DNA of 58,859 bases, filler included, from Circinaria calcarea (GCA_051942165.1; 5 parts of 5 records of this genome joined end to end with filler, not necessarily neighbours in it); one strand, 5' to 3'. Positions 28,101 to 41,000 are shown, counted from the first letter of the whole stretch. Translations and numbers: made by a program. The notes: generated by a model from the letters alone, not told the origin.

Positions 28101-28181
28101 GGCTGCCCTGGGTGGTCCTGTACCCTAGACACGGACTGTCTATCACCGTACATGTGCAAGAACGGAGTGTGTGGCGGATGA
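25132..28181 (+). pseudogene. Disrupted gene: SesB/DUF676-like alpha/beta hydrolase + TM helix + Ser/Thr stalk + two Cys-rich repeats; in-frame TAG at 25843 and transposon insertion at 26384-27311
   Basis: Exons encode DLVVVHGLGANPDSTW, NWLQD..LP..ARIMRFGYDS, RPLLFLGHCWGGLVV, MGTPYHGT, CFYERQPT, MVDETSGTL..DHFSLKKF; frame continues across the excised element to the Cys-rich ORF 27579-28181. Confidence 0.8.
26384..27311. mobile_element. Non-autonomous TIR DNA transposon, copy 2 (928 bp), 8-bp TSD CGGTTTCG (9 bp ACGGTTTCG if the terminal A is counted)
   Basis: TSD at 26376-26383 and 27312-27319; same termini and ~150 bp left / ~250 bp right ends as copy 1; different, longer interior. Confidence 0.9.
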
Positions 28182-28504
28182 TCTGGTGCCCTGCATTTCC
28201 TCTTCTTTTCTTTCCACTACTGTCTGCAGGAAGATAGAGTATAGAAAGACTTAGATCTAGACAAAAGAAAGTCATGGGAGCTCACGTATAAGCGTCGGAG
28301 TTGGCGGTTATAGCGTTAGTATATTTGAGCACGCTAAGTTATGGACATTTTAGGCTTAGGGCTTACTTCGACTATGTACATAACTCATTACTCAATTGGC
28401 ACAGGATGGCTCTTGTGTCTTTTCATTGTCCACCAATCAATCAATAAAATTCTACCGATGGAGGCCCCTCTACTGAACCTTCTGCAGGTTCAAGTCTACA
28501 GACG

Positions 28505-31040
28505 TTAGACTGGCTGCGTCTCTCTCAGCAGCCACTTCATTGTCCTCTCATCCTTTCCTTCGAAGAAACCCCTGGTTTTCTCCAGGACCTCCGTATGATA
28601 TTCGTTCAGCCATTTCTTCTCCCTCTCCGACAGCAGTTCGGGTTCGATGAGTTTCCGACACATGGGGACCATGGTGACGTGCTCGAAACCGAGCCAGGGC
28701 TTCTCGCCGAAGGAGTGTGTCGTCTTGACTTCCCTGGCCATGATGATATCTACAATGGAGTAAGCTAACTGCTCAAACGGACGTGGAGACAGGGTAGAAG
28801 TATGGTAGGAAAGAGAGCTGTACTTTCGATGCGGATACCGAAATTGCCGTCTTCGTAGTATCCAGGCTCTTGGACATGTTAGCTCAGAATCTAGATTAAG
28901 TTTCTTGGTTCATGGGGAGGAAAGATACCATCTGAGATGACGTTTCCCGCCGAAAGAGCAACTTCGGTGTACTGCACCCGAGTGCCTACGCCTATGGGGC
29001 CTTCATGGACGTTCTGTAAGGCGGTGAGTAATTAGTTCAAATTAGCCTGAAAAAGATCAACATACAAGATACGATCCCACACCATGTCCCGTCCCGTGCC
29101 TGTAGTCCAAGCCTTCTTCCCATAGAAACTGTCGGGCTAGGGTGTCGAGGGCCAAGCCATTGGTTCCTTTCGGGAATACAACCTTATCGAGGGCAATCAC
29201 GCCTTTCAGTAACAGAGTGTATGCCTTCCTCTCTAGTTCCGTGGGCTCCCCAAAATGTAGGGTTCGTGTTGTGTCTGTAGTACCGTCTAAATACTGGGCG
29301 CCTGAATCGCAAAGATAGATGGCTTTCGGATCGATGATTGAACAATTCCCTGGTTCCGGCTTGTAGTGGATAACTGCAGCATTGGGTCCCGTCGATGAGA
29401 TGGTGTCAAAAGATAAACCAACAAAGTTCTCCTTTTGCCTACATACCTCAGTAAGCTTAGGTACGAAAGAAAAGTCAAACCATAGAGGTGACGAACGATC
29501 TGATTTGCTCCAATTTATCTGCAGCTTGCACTTCGTCAAGCGTAGATCCCTTTGCTGCGAGCTCTTCCTCAAGCCAAGCAAAATATTCACTGAGCGCAGC
29601 TCCGTCTCTTATATGGCATTGCCGCATACCTTCCAATTCCGTCTTGTTCTTGATTGCTTTGGCGTCACCAATAAGACTTCGTAGTTCATCCACCTTCTCT
29701 TCTCCGCCTAAACTCAGGCTCAGTGCCCACGATGCCTTCGTCGAGATCATAAACTTTCTTTTCGGAATAGCCGAATCTGGTTCGCTACTAGGGCTCGCCT
29801 CCAGTTCTAGAGATGCGCTTAGAGATTTGGTGTCTTCAAAAATCGCTTCGTAAGGACGGATATGGACGCTATCACCAAGATGTGAGCGTACTTCTGAACT
29901 GAGCTTGCTCGCATCGACATATATCGAGGCAGCGGTTGGCGTTACAAGAGCATATGAGAAGAAAACGGGATTATAGGGGATACTAAAGCCTTGTAAGCAT
30001 CAGAATCCGTTTCGTGGCTCCTGAGTTTAGCATACTCATTTCCACGGAGATTGTACAGCCAGGCAATCTCGTCCAGCATAGCTTTAACAGGTTACGTTAG
30101 TGCAGGAATACCTAAGGAAAAGTAGGCAAAGTCGACGTACAGATGATTAGTCCCGCGCTCTTCTTCTTTTCAAGTTCTTTTCTCAGATCTTCTACCTTCT
30201 CTTCGAATTTCTTCCCGGCATACTTTATATCTAGGACCTTGACGGCCTCGTTCGGCCGCGGAGGTCTTTTGTCGCCCCACACCAAATCGACTAAATTGGG
30301 TAAGTGGCCAACAAGCCGCCCTCCTCCCTTTTTCTTGATCTTTTCAGCGAGCTTGCGAGCATCGGCTAGAAAATCATCAGTGGGCTAGGCGGGCGAGTAA
30401 TCCCGTTAAGACTGACGAGCTGTAATGACCGTTGAATCGACAGCCACTGTCTTCCCTCCTTCTGCCTGCTCCACTGCCCTGGCCACTGTGAGAAAGTTGG
30501 AATTAGACCCATTCCCTTGAACATTCGTACCATTCTTGCCAAGTCGGTACATCTTCCAAACCCTGTTTCAGCAACTGCCAGTTGCTATCCAGTTGCTTCG
30601 AGGCTTGATTGAAGTACCGGCCATCGGTGGCCAATGCGGCCTTCTCCAAAGTAACCACAGCGGTTCCAGCGGAGCCGGAGAATCCAGATATGTGCTCTAG
30701 CTAATCAGTTACGCAGAGGTCAGAACGAAGCAGCTTCTGACCTCGACGAGCATCACATGGTGCTATATACTCTGACTGATGGCTATCCTCTGAAGGTATG
30801 ACTTCGCGTAATTAGCTCGGCAAGCAAAGGCCAGGATTGCTAATGGATCACACTGTACACGTCGAACTTATTGTCTTTCATCAAGCTTCTGAGCCGATCC
30901 AAACGTTCCGTAGTATGCACCGTCTCCATATCCAAGTGTAAAAGAGATTTCGGAGTCCAGGAAAAGGGTCTGTTAGGCACTGTAGCAACAATTGATCTTG
31001 ACACTCTTTTCAAACAAAGAGTCCGGTGAAGCAATAACAT
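28505..31040 (-). CDS. Xaa-Pro aminopeptidase (aminopeptidase P, M24B), many introns
   Basis: [93 protein letters not shown]. Confidence 0.96.
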
Positions 31041-31555
31041 TGATCAATTACTTTGCCCTTCTCAGTGTCGTCGATGCTGGTTTCTCCGAGAGACGCTTGA
31101 CCCAATCTGGCATAGTAGATTTTCCGTCGAGCAATTTGGGAGCTCGCCGTCTCTTGACAAGCACATTTATTGCTGAGGCTGGCAACCATAGAGCAAGTTG
31201 CCATCTTCAAATCACCGAAGCCTCTCACGCACTCTAGATGAGAACCCATAGACCGCTAGGAGTTGAATACTGCAGGGTCGTGGTAAAACTGCTATCTTAA
31301 ACTCCTATCGAGTCGTTTGCTTTTGCCTTTTCCATCAAAAATTGGTGTTGTAAGAGCATGCTGTCTTGCTAGTGTAGGATTAACTTAAGATCAGAGTCAT
31401 ATTGTACAGCATATTTGTTCTTTGCCTTTAAGAAAAGGTCATCATTTTCAGGCTTTTCCAAAAATATGCTACTTTGCAAACATCTCAGTATGCCTATGTT
31501 TGAACTCAGTTAGATCCACACATCAAGGAATAACTATTACAGGACTCATATCGCT

Positions 31556-34500
31556 ATGGCTCAACCTACGATAACAGAGGTCTCCGAGGACCTTCCTGAG
31601 CCTAAATCCCTCGAAGAGGTTGAAAGGGTATACACTCCGTTGGCTTCACTCTTCAGCCTTATGCTGAGTCCTTCTCCGTGCAGCTGGTACAATCGCTTTA
31701 TCAGCCAGGGTCTCCCCGGCGTATTTCACAGGCGGAACGTGCTCTTCAAAAGATACAGAGGTCTTCTCAAGGTTGGCAGCTTGCGGATGCTTTACTGCAG
31801 AGTCAAATTGCCAACGTTCGCTTCTTCGGTGCTCTTACCTTCTGCATAAAGATTAACAAAGACTGGTTAGAAAACTGTTTGTAAGTAGCTATTTGTGCAA
31901 ATGATGCTGACTTCGGATAAGGGATTCTCTAAACGATGAGGCTTCTGATGCTCTACTCGATCGGCTCTTGCTACGTCTTGTCCAGCTCGTTGCTGCGGAT
32001 GAAGGCGCCCTAGTGAAAAGAAAACTATGCTCTGCCTTAGTTGCCTACCTCCTATGTCCCTCAGTTTCTTGGGATTACTGTGTCAAGCACATACTATGCT
32101 GTTTCTACGCAAATACTGTTATACCCGTGAGAACGATAGATCAGTACCCACTCACAAGCGAGATTGTCCAGCGTCTCGGCGATGCTCAGCTTCTTACGAG
32201 TCTTTGGTTTGTTACTACCCTCGTTGAAGAGGTTGGAAAGACAAGCTCTGAGAGCATCCAAACGTATGCATTTGTGAGCCGTGTCCCCGCAACGTGAAAG
32301 GATATCTACTAATCAACCTACAGACATAAGTATCACGAGAGGGTCTTGTGCAACCTAGATGATATGGTCACTCTCTTGCGTCACGGTTTGAATGGCAAGT
32401 CCCACAACATAAACCTTGCCGAGGAGGGAATGAAATGCTACCATGTGAGTGATAATACATTGATATCACCCGTATTCCCTCCCTGACCTGACGATCAATC
32501 TATAGGCATTGGTTATGTATGCACACCGAGCTTGGATAGATAAGGCCATGGCCCTCGATCCCATAAGATTGTTGATACCACAAGCCGTTCAGCATCTGGG
32601 TGACAACGATATGTTCGATGTTACTGTGGAATTCTTTACAGATGTGATGACTAACTTTTCGTCCTTCTTCTTGGGCCAGCACTATGTCCTAATAGCCTCG
32701 ATATTGTGTGCCCCCGCAGCAGAAGAGAAAATATCGAGCTTGCGAGCCGGTGACTTTGACTCTGACGCGATGGCGTTCGGCAGGTTACTGCTTGCCTTTG
32801 GGGATGCCAACCTATCAGACCTGGCTAAGCATAACGATACACCTTCAAATAGACGGGTGCTTGATATGCTAACCAGTCTTTTGACATGTGAAGGATACGC
32901 CGTCTCCCAGGACGAGATCTGCTCTCAAACTCTGGAGTTTTGGACCACCTATATCGAGCATCTAACAGATGCGTTATTCGCAGAAGGGGAGAGTAAACCA
33001 GAGTGGATGCCCCCGGCTTTGCAATACGTGATAAGATCAATCGAAGCATGCTGGATTAAGATCAGGATGCCACCACCCGAAGTTGCTATTAATTGGGACA
33101 CCGAGGCTCGGACTGGGTTCAAGGCATTCCGAGCAGACGTTGAAGATTTAATCCAATCTTCCTACACGCTTCTAGGAATTGATCTATTTGAACGATTCAT
33201 ACGCCTGGCGCTGGAGGCTCTCGGTAGCCAAGATTGGCTTCATCTAGAAGCGACTCTGTTCTGCATCAAATCGCTCGCAGATCCTATCTCCGACGGGGAG
33301 GTTGGCGATGAAGGCCTTGCGAGGCTCTTCGGCTCCTCCTTGTTTTCGCAAATGAGCAATGACACATTAGCTATTCCAGCGAAGACACAGCAGACGGCCG
33401 TCACCATGATCAATCGTTACACTTCCTTTTTCGAACGACATGCGGAATACCTTCCACCTACATTGAATTTTCTCTTCAACGCCATCAAAACTACATCCCT
33501 GGGTATTGCAGCTCCGAGAGCCATTTTTGCGATTAGTTCCTCTTGTCGAAAGAACCTAGTCCTAGAATTAGGTGCCTTTTTGGAACAATATAAATCGTTG
33601 ACAAACGCAACAAATATAGATGCTAGTGCAAAAGAGCAGGTTATCGGCGCGATTGCTGCCATTATTCAAGCAATACCAGTAGGTGAAGCGCAAATCCAGC
33701 CTCTGAGTCAATTACTCCAATTCGTTGAAGCAGATATTCAAAAGTGTCTCCAGTTACAGCTCTCTACACAGATTGAAGAACTCGAGCAAGCATATGCAAT
33801 TGGCCTTTGTGCGCTACGATGCTTAACCAACATGGGGAAAGGATTACAAGTTCATGAAGACGAGGCCATTGACCTTGACGCAGATAAGCCTACCGAAACT
33901 ATCTGGGAGCATGGGTCAGGATTAACAGTACAGTCGCGGATCATACAGTGTTTTGGGACAGTTTTCAGCTCTTTGAGGCATGATGGCGATATTATCGAAG
34001 CGACCTGTCACATCCTGCGAACAGGTTATACAGAGACCTCTCCAGGGCCTTTCGTTTTTGCACCGAAAGTCTCAGAAGATATTGTCACCAGTAGTGACTT
34101 GACAACCCCCCGGCTAGCATACGTTCTGGATACCGCTGGTATCATGCTGAGCAGAAATTCCGCTAGGTCTTCCGACGAGCTTGATCATGCGGCATTGAGC
34201 TGTCTTGGACATCTTATTTATCTAATAAATGCTCTTGACTGTAGGTTTGAATTCTATCGTTACGCTACTATCCTACGCAAGCTGACAGTTTGTGGTAGGC
34301 AATCCTGGAACCGACCCTGAAATCGCATCCAGCTGTATCGATCTGGTAGAGAAGACTGTTGCGCGTTACCCCAAGCTGTTACTAGTCCCCGAAATCCAGG
34401 CTTCGATACCCAGTCTCTTCACCTTCACTCTAGTTTGCTTAGTAAGCACAGAGATCTACCCAAAGCGAGCAGCTGCGGCCTTCTGGGTAAGAACCTCTCC

Positions 34501-34962
34501 TCACCGTGTCAAGTCTTACCTGATAGTCATGTCAAAGTGCTCTGTCGTCCAGCTTCGCAATTTGCCCGCAGATATCCAAGCCATGGTGGACAGCGTCATC
34601 CACGAATACGGACCCCTAGTCTGCCTAGGCTTAGTGAGAGGGATCGCCGGAGAAGCCGCCCGTAGCGAGCTCGACGCCCTTATTGAGCCGCTGAAGAAAC
34701 TGGTCTTTAGGCAACCGAGGGCGAAACAGTGGCTCAGCGATGCCCTCTTCAATGACTCGTTCCCGAGCCCGCTGGTATCCGAGACGGATAAGAAGATCTG
34801 GCTGCAAAAGGTAATGAAGTGAGTAAACTCTTGGGATTCTGTCGTCTTCATCTCGAGCTAACGGGCTGTTTTCGTAGTTTGAGAGGAGCAAAAGGCACCA
34901 ATCAGGTCGTCAAGGACTTTTGGATGGCGTGCCGAGGGACGAGTCTGGCGTATGCGTCTTGA
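31556..34962 (+). CDS. Importin-beta family karyopherin (importin-13/Kap111-Mtr10-like), multi-exon
   Basis: LQKIQRSSQGWQLADALL..NVRFFGALTF, HEAT-repeat body (TLEFWTTY, WLHLEATLFC), GEAARSELD, C-term FWMACRGTSLAYAS*. Confidence 0.88.
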
Positions 34963-35295
34963 AGTGAAGGAAGGTCAAGCGCCTCCTTCTTTCTCCAGCA
35001 GTCCAGGCGGCATCAATAGACCGACAGTTCCGGAATTGTCTTCCTACACCTAAATCTCCAACAGAAAACCTTTCGAATTGTTGCTGTTCCTTTATATGCG
35101 CAATTCTACCTTTTTTTCTCTATTTACCTCCCCTTTCCCCCCCTCCCCGAGGGGGCCTGAATATTACCTTCTAGCCGTGAACTCATACCCCTTATTCCAA
35201 TCTTCTTTACCTCACCTAACTGACCCTCTTCCTTCTCTTGGCTTTCCCCCCCCCCCGGACCCGGCCGCTCACACATATGACGGATTCCCCCAATC

Positions 35296-35395
35296 NNNNN
35301 NNNNNNNNNNNNNNNNNNNNNNNNNNNNNNNNNNNNNNNTTAATTAATTAANNNNNNNNNNNNNNNNNNNNNNNNNNNNNNNNNNNNNNNNNNNN
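35296..35395. other. Artificial contig linker
   Basis: N44-TTAATTAATTAA-N44. Confidence 0.98.
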
Positions 35396-35661
35396 CGCCC
35401 ACCTTTCCATATAGGTACATGGGTGCGTGGCTTCTCCTTCCCCCATTACTATACTATCCCTTAAACCGTCACTCAGGCAGCCATGGCCCGTGCGTTTTTT
35501 GAATACAAAGTTAGGATTGGCCAGCTAGGTTGACACGGACCAGAAACTGGTCCGTTCAAAAACGCACGGGCCATGGCTGCCTGAGTGACGGTTTAAGGGA
35601 TAGTATAGTAATGGGGGAAGGAGAAGCCACGCACCCATGTACCTATATGGAAAGGTGGGCG
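35396..35661. repeat. Near-perfect inverted repeat (~107-bp arms, ~51-bp spacer), probable fold-back element cut by contig start
   Basis: 35396-35503 is the reverse complement of 35555-35661 apart from one T-run indel; the left arm starts exactly at the contig edge. Confidence 0.92.
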
Positions 35662-36445
35662 TTTAACTCCGTACTCCGGGGGGTCCTCACCGAATTTTCT
35701 AGAAATGTAAGTAAGATAACTAGAGTAGGGTATGGTAGGGTAGGGTAGGGTAGGTAGGTAGGTGTTTAGTCGGGACTGGGAGGACCCTATCATAGTACCC
35801 TAGATAATTTTATAGGATCGGGTTGGGGAGTTGAGTTGGCAACTTTCGCTCCTTACCTACTTGTCAGGCCCCGCCTTAGTATTTTGTTTTGCACAGCTTA
35901 CTTCCTACAAAGCACATCAAGCCAGGGTACAGAGAGAACATTAAGGGTTTTAATCCATTTTCAATTTTTTTTTGGGGTTGGGTTGATCTTCCATCTGGTG
36001 GGGTTTTTCTAAGCTAAGATAACCAGAAAGTCCAAAAACGCCTGGCACAATCTGAGTGAGATAGAAAAACGCAATCTGGATGGGGCTTAGTCGTGCCATG
36101 TACCATGTGCAGAATCAAGAGCAAAAGACGAGTGCTGCTGCATCATGTCCACCGAGTAGCAGCTTCAGCAAAGTTTACCACAAGCGGCAAAAGAGGCAAA
36201 GCAGCGTTCCACCAGAAACCAAGCATATCCAACAGAGCTGCGACCAAAGTTCCCCTCAGGGGAGGAGTAACTGAAGTAGCGAGCACAAGTGTGGAGTGGG
36301 GCAAGGTAGATGGCTAGGCAGATAAGCTCGTAAATGCAATGTTCCGATCAGTCAAATCCTCTACAACTGCTGGTCCCTTCAGCGTAGGCGCCGTCATCGG
36401 GAGCCAGTGCTGAGGGATTGATGATAATAATATAGATGGACCTAT

Positions 36446-39284
36446 TCAGGCCAAACTGGGCAATGCGTCAGTGTCGGATTCTGCCGCATGCCACTCCTCC
36501 CAAAGCTTACTAGATTTGCCACAGATGACGTTTGTCTCCTTCATGAGTAGAGCAACGTTGTAACTTTGCAGGAAGTCAGTCTTTTATCCGTTGCAAGTAG
36601 GACTTCCTTTAGACTTACTGCTTGTTGTCTTTGTAACCGACACCGGGCAAAGTACCAACATGCTCAAAGTCCCATTCCTTTCCTAGCCAATCCTTGATCC
36701 ACTTCATCGCATGAGGGTCCTTGGTGTAAAATCCAATATTCACCATAATCCTATGAATCTCACGTCTCCCACCATGCTCATAGTACAGCGGGCTATCTGC
36801 AAGGAAAGCAGCGCCGTTACGGCTGAAGTAGGCCTGGTCCATGGAAACTATCATCCTATCCACAAGTGTCTTTCCAATGCCGATATGGAGAAATTCGTGA
36901 TGGGTAAAGAACTGCATCTCCGCAGTGTATTGAAAGGCAGTATTCTTGCCGGCATAATCTTCAGCGTAGGCGAATCCAACAATCACTTCGCGGATTGGAG
37001 CGCGACGTCTGACGATTCGACGTCCATTGCGACCGCCGACTGCATTGTTGAAATTCTTCGCATTCTTAATCACGGCAACCACAAATGGGAGGAGCTCATC
37101 CTCGGCACATCTTAGACGATTATGCCACTCGCTCTCTGGGGTGTCTTCTAGCTCACCGGCAACAGCAGATTTCTTGACATAGTGGTTGTATATGGCGGTT
37201 ATCTGCTCGACATCCGAGTGCTGAGCTGGACGAATGTAGATGTTGGCCTTTGGAACATGAGGGTTCGGCGGTGGCACATAGTTTGCTTCTTCTTGCAGAC
37301 TTGCCTCTTTAGCCAGCCTCCGTTCTTCGTGTCGCTTCTTCTTCTCTGCATAATGTACCTTACAGAACGCCTTTGACGACGAGAGCGAGGTCTGCGCAAG
37401 ACGCTCAGGAACGTTGGTATAAGGATCATCTGGACGCTTGGTAGTCCAATCGACTGGATACGGTCTCCACAGAAAGCCCGCTCTACCAGAGGAAGGAGAT
37501 TCACCTGAAGTATATCCTGGAAGAGTTGTGTCGAGTTTCAGGGGACGATGTAAAGCTTCGACGACCCGATCGTTCATCCATGACTCCATATATCTCACGT
37601 GGCGCCTATCATTGTTGTTAAAGGCAGGACGACAATCCCATTCGACAGGTGCTGGTGCCCAGTTTCCGTCCCAGCCAACCAATTGGTATCGCAGAGCCGC
37701 CTTCTTACTGAGTACCACAAATCCCTGAGCGTCAACTTTAACTTCCCCCACAGTCGACTTAGTTAGCCCATCGGAGCCAACGGACTTATTGTCCTCCAAG
37801 GGCTTGGCTAAACCGTTGTCTGCACAAAGGGATGCATTCTTATTCTTGCCACGTTTCAAGAGATTCGCTCCAGTGAATCCTGGGTCAACAACCGGCGGTT
37901 CGTTTGTAGCAAGTTCCTGAACAAGCTTACCAGTTTCTTTTGATGCGTCAAGTTGCACATCAGTTGGGGATGACTCAAAAGTCACTCGGCTCACATCCTT
38001 CTTTGCGTCCTCCACTAGAGTCTCTGCTGCAACTGACTCGGAAGTTGGCATAACAACGTCTTTGGTTGTGTGGAGATTTTCATCACCCGAAAGCTGTCCG
38101 TTTGAACTCATCTTGTGGATTACGGGTTCAGATGAGGTGGTCGCGTTAACCTCTGTAGGGACTGAAGATGACTTCCCGTGAATGGTTGGGTGAATGATGA
38201 AGCTCCCTTCACGGTGCTCGTTCAATACTCGCAGATGTGGGGGAAGTTTAACACGGATGTCTCCAATCACCTTGGCCTCGTCCTTTACATGGACCGTCTC
38301 CATGACTCGCAAATGTGGAGGGAGTTGAACCGCAGGCTTTGAGGAGCTTAAAGAGGTATTCGTATCTAGACAGTCGGCAACCGTAGACATTGCAGGTGAT
38401 GGCTTCATTGTAGTATTCATATCATGACGATCGCCAGTGGTAGAGATTGGTGACGATTGGACTGCATCACGGTGTTCACCAACGGATTTCTCTCCGAGCA
38501 ACACACGTAGATGTGGCGGCAGGTAAGGGGCCTTGTCACCACGCTTCTGCGGCTTTTGGAGATCAGTATTGCCTTTGGCCTTGTTCACAGCAAGGGCTGA
38601 TGGCTTTTGAGTCTCTACTTTCATGTCGTCATTGTGCTCTGGTACTATTAGCACTGTAAGAGCTTGTTGCTGGGATAGTTTCAGAGAAAAAGACTTACCC
38701 TTTGATGAGTCGTCTTTATAGACCTTAAAAGCCATGCTGTCAGGTTGATGGGCGATATCTTGGTTGCCTGCACCATCAGCATGTGCGAAGTCTAACAAGC
38801 GTGTATGGAGTGGAATAGATGCTGAGTAGTGGTAGTTACCTTTGAAGGGATTGTCTGGATTAGCCTGGAGACTCGTGCTCTCTGATTGACTGCGTTTGCC
38901 TGCTACGACAGGCAATGATGCGCTTGATTCGTCTAGGAAGATGTTTGTACTTGGTGTAACTTGGTTGTTCTGTCGAAGTTGTGGTTTTCGAGGAAGGAAG
39001 TCGTACTTGGGTAGTTTGTTGAAGTTGAGATCGAAAGACATGTTCATATGCGACGGACCCTTAGGGCTTTTTAATGCGGTGGCTGGTCGATGGCCTCTAG
39101 CGGGAGAGGTGTGAAACGAGGAGGTTGGGCGTCTGGCGGAGGAATCGATTTGTTTATTAAGCGAGCCTTCCGAATCGGGCTCTCCCCTCCATCCCTTATT
39201 GCATTGTTGCGGGTTCGAAGTTGTTTCTATGTTATTTGCGGGTCCAGAATGGCTATTGTCAAGTCTACAAGTGCAATTGTGCAT
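36446..39284 (-). CDS. GNAT-domain acetyltransferase with long low-complexity N-terminus; true start may lie in further upstream exons (~39770)
   Basis: C-term IRPAQHSDVEQITAIYNHYV..VGFAYAEDY..FQYTAEMQFFTHHEFLHIGIGKTLVD..VGYK; last intron ~36566-36618 leads to stop at 36446. Confidence 0.78.
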
Positions 39285-40191
39285 TAGTTCGAATATCCTG
39301 ACAATGTCTCATTGAAGTCATCATTGTTGTGATATACTTCAAGTCGTCTATTTTTTTCCATTGATTGCCACTTACAATAGCTGTGGTTCATTTGACAGAT
39401 GCCTCGTGACCTTTGCGGCTTGACCACTCCCTCTCGTCTTGTTCACAAGCTCCTTTGGCCTGCTAGTCTCCTATATCACATCGTCATGACTCGACGTTGT
39501 AAGGTGTTCTGATAGCTTCATAGAGCCATCGATAGGCTTTGTCAATGTTTAACACTTGCCTGCGATATTCGGCAAAATTGATGTTTCATTCTCCTCGACT
39601 TGTAGTTGGTGATGATTTCTTTCTCAGTGCTTGCTTGGTCAGAATCAGTAGTGTTACAAGCTGGAATGATGTTTGACTCACCGTCGTGTATATAGAGGCT
39701 ACTTAGTTCCTGGATTCTTGCTTCGTTGCCTTCCTGACTTTACGCTTGTTCCATTGCCGTTTCTGGGGCGGCATCTTTTTCACTACAACTCCTTCCATGC
39801 CAGCTGCAGAGTCGTGTTTTAACTTCAGCAATATCCGGATCTATCAAATGTGTGAGAGCTTGAGTCAGATTCGATCCCGTTGGGATCGAGTGAGGGCAGC
39901 CTCAGGCGGTCAGTTTTTGGTCTCTTTGTCAGACAGGTGACGAGTACGGATAGAGAGTCAATAAGGAGTAAATGATATATGTAGATATCATACATAATTA
40001 TCAGTAATGGTAATGTGCCGGGTCGGTCAAACCCTAGGAAGTACCTATTGGTCGAACCGGGAAGATCACGTGCACAATACCGAATCGTTAGGGCTTCCCA
40101 GGACTGAAACAAGTTAGGCGAAACAAGGTCCTGTCCAATAATCTCCAACAGTCCACCAAAGGACGTATTATTTGCGTATCAACTCAGCAAC

Positions 40192-41000
40192 ATGCTCTCA
40201 GTACTACGGAAGGCACGACTGAAGGATAAGGAGATGAGAATTCTAATGCTGTATGATTTGGATCTTTTATGTCGAATCGCGACTAAGCCAGTGTAGGGGT
40301 CTCGACAATGCGGGCAAGACGACCATAGTGAAGAAGATAATGAATGAGGATGTCAACACTGTCAGTCCAACTTTGGGATTTATCATAAAGACTATTGATT
40401 ATGATGGGTGCGTTTGTCTTCGTTGCCATTTCACAGCGCAGTGAATGACAGTCAATGAAAAGCTACAAACTCAATATATGTATGATGGATTTCATCCCAA
40501 TGGAACAATCCCATCCATGATCAAGTGCTTAAGCAGAGTAGGGGATGTGGGCGGCCAGAAGACACTGCGCTCCTACTGGAGGAACTACTTCGAGAAAACA
40601 GATGCACTCATCTGGGTAGTCGACGCAACAGACCGCCTACGGATGGAGGATTGCAGAGAGGAGCTTTCAGGATTGCTACTCGAGGAAGTCAGTGTCGAGA
40701 CGCCACGCCAGGGTTTCTGCAACTAATGGAGCACAGCGATTGATGGGGGCAAGTCTTCTCGTCTTCTCCAACAAGACTGATGTTGGGGGATGCATGACGG
40801 ATGATGAGATTCGAAAGGTTGCGACCGGCTGCATCTGGCCCACTGTCTCGCTCCACTGACATTGGCAGGGGCTTCAATTGGATTCAATCAAGACACACCC
40901 ATGGAAGATTATTCAATGCAGCGCCATCACCGGATTCCATCTCACAGACGGGCTTCGATGGGTAGTTCAGGATGCCAAAGACCGGCTTTTCCTTTACTGA
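40192..41000 (+). CDS. ARL2: ADP-ribosylation factor-like GTPase Arl2/Cin4 (tubulin folding), 6 exons
   Basis: [54 protein letters not shown]-term DAKDRLFLY*. Confidence 0.95.

Noticed and set aside
27431..28159. 242-aa minus-strand ORF
   Set aside because: Antisense shadow of the Ser/Thr-rich, Cys-repeat exon on the plus strand
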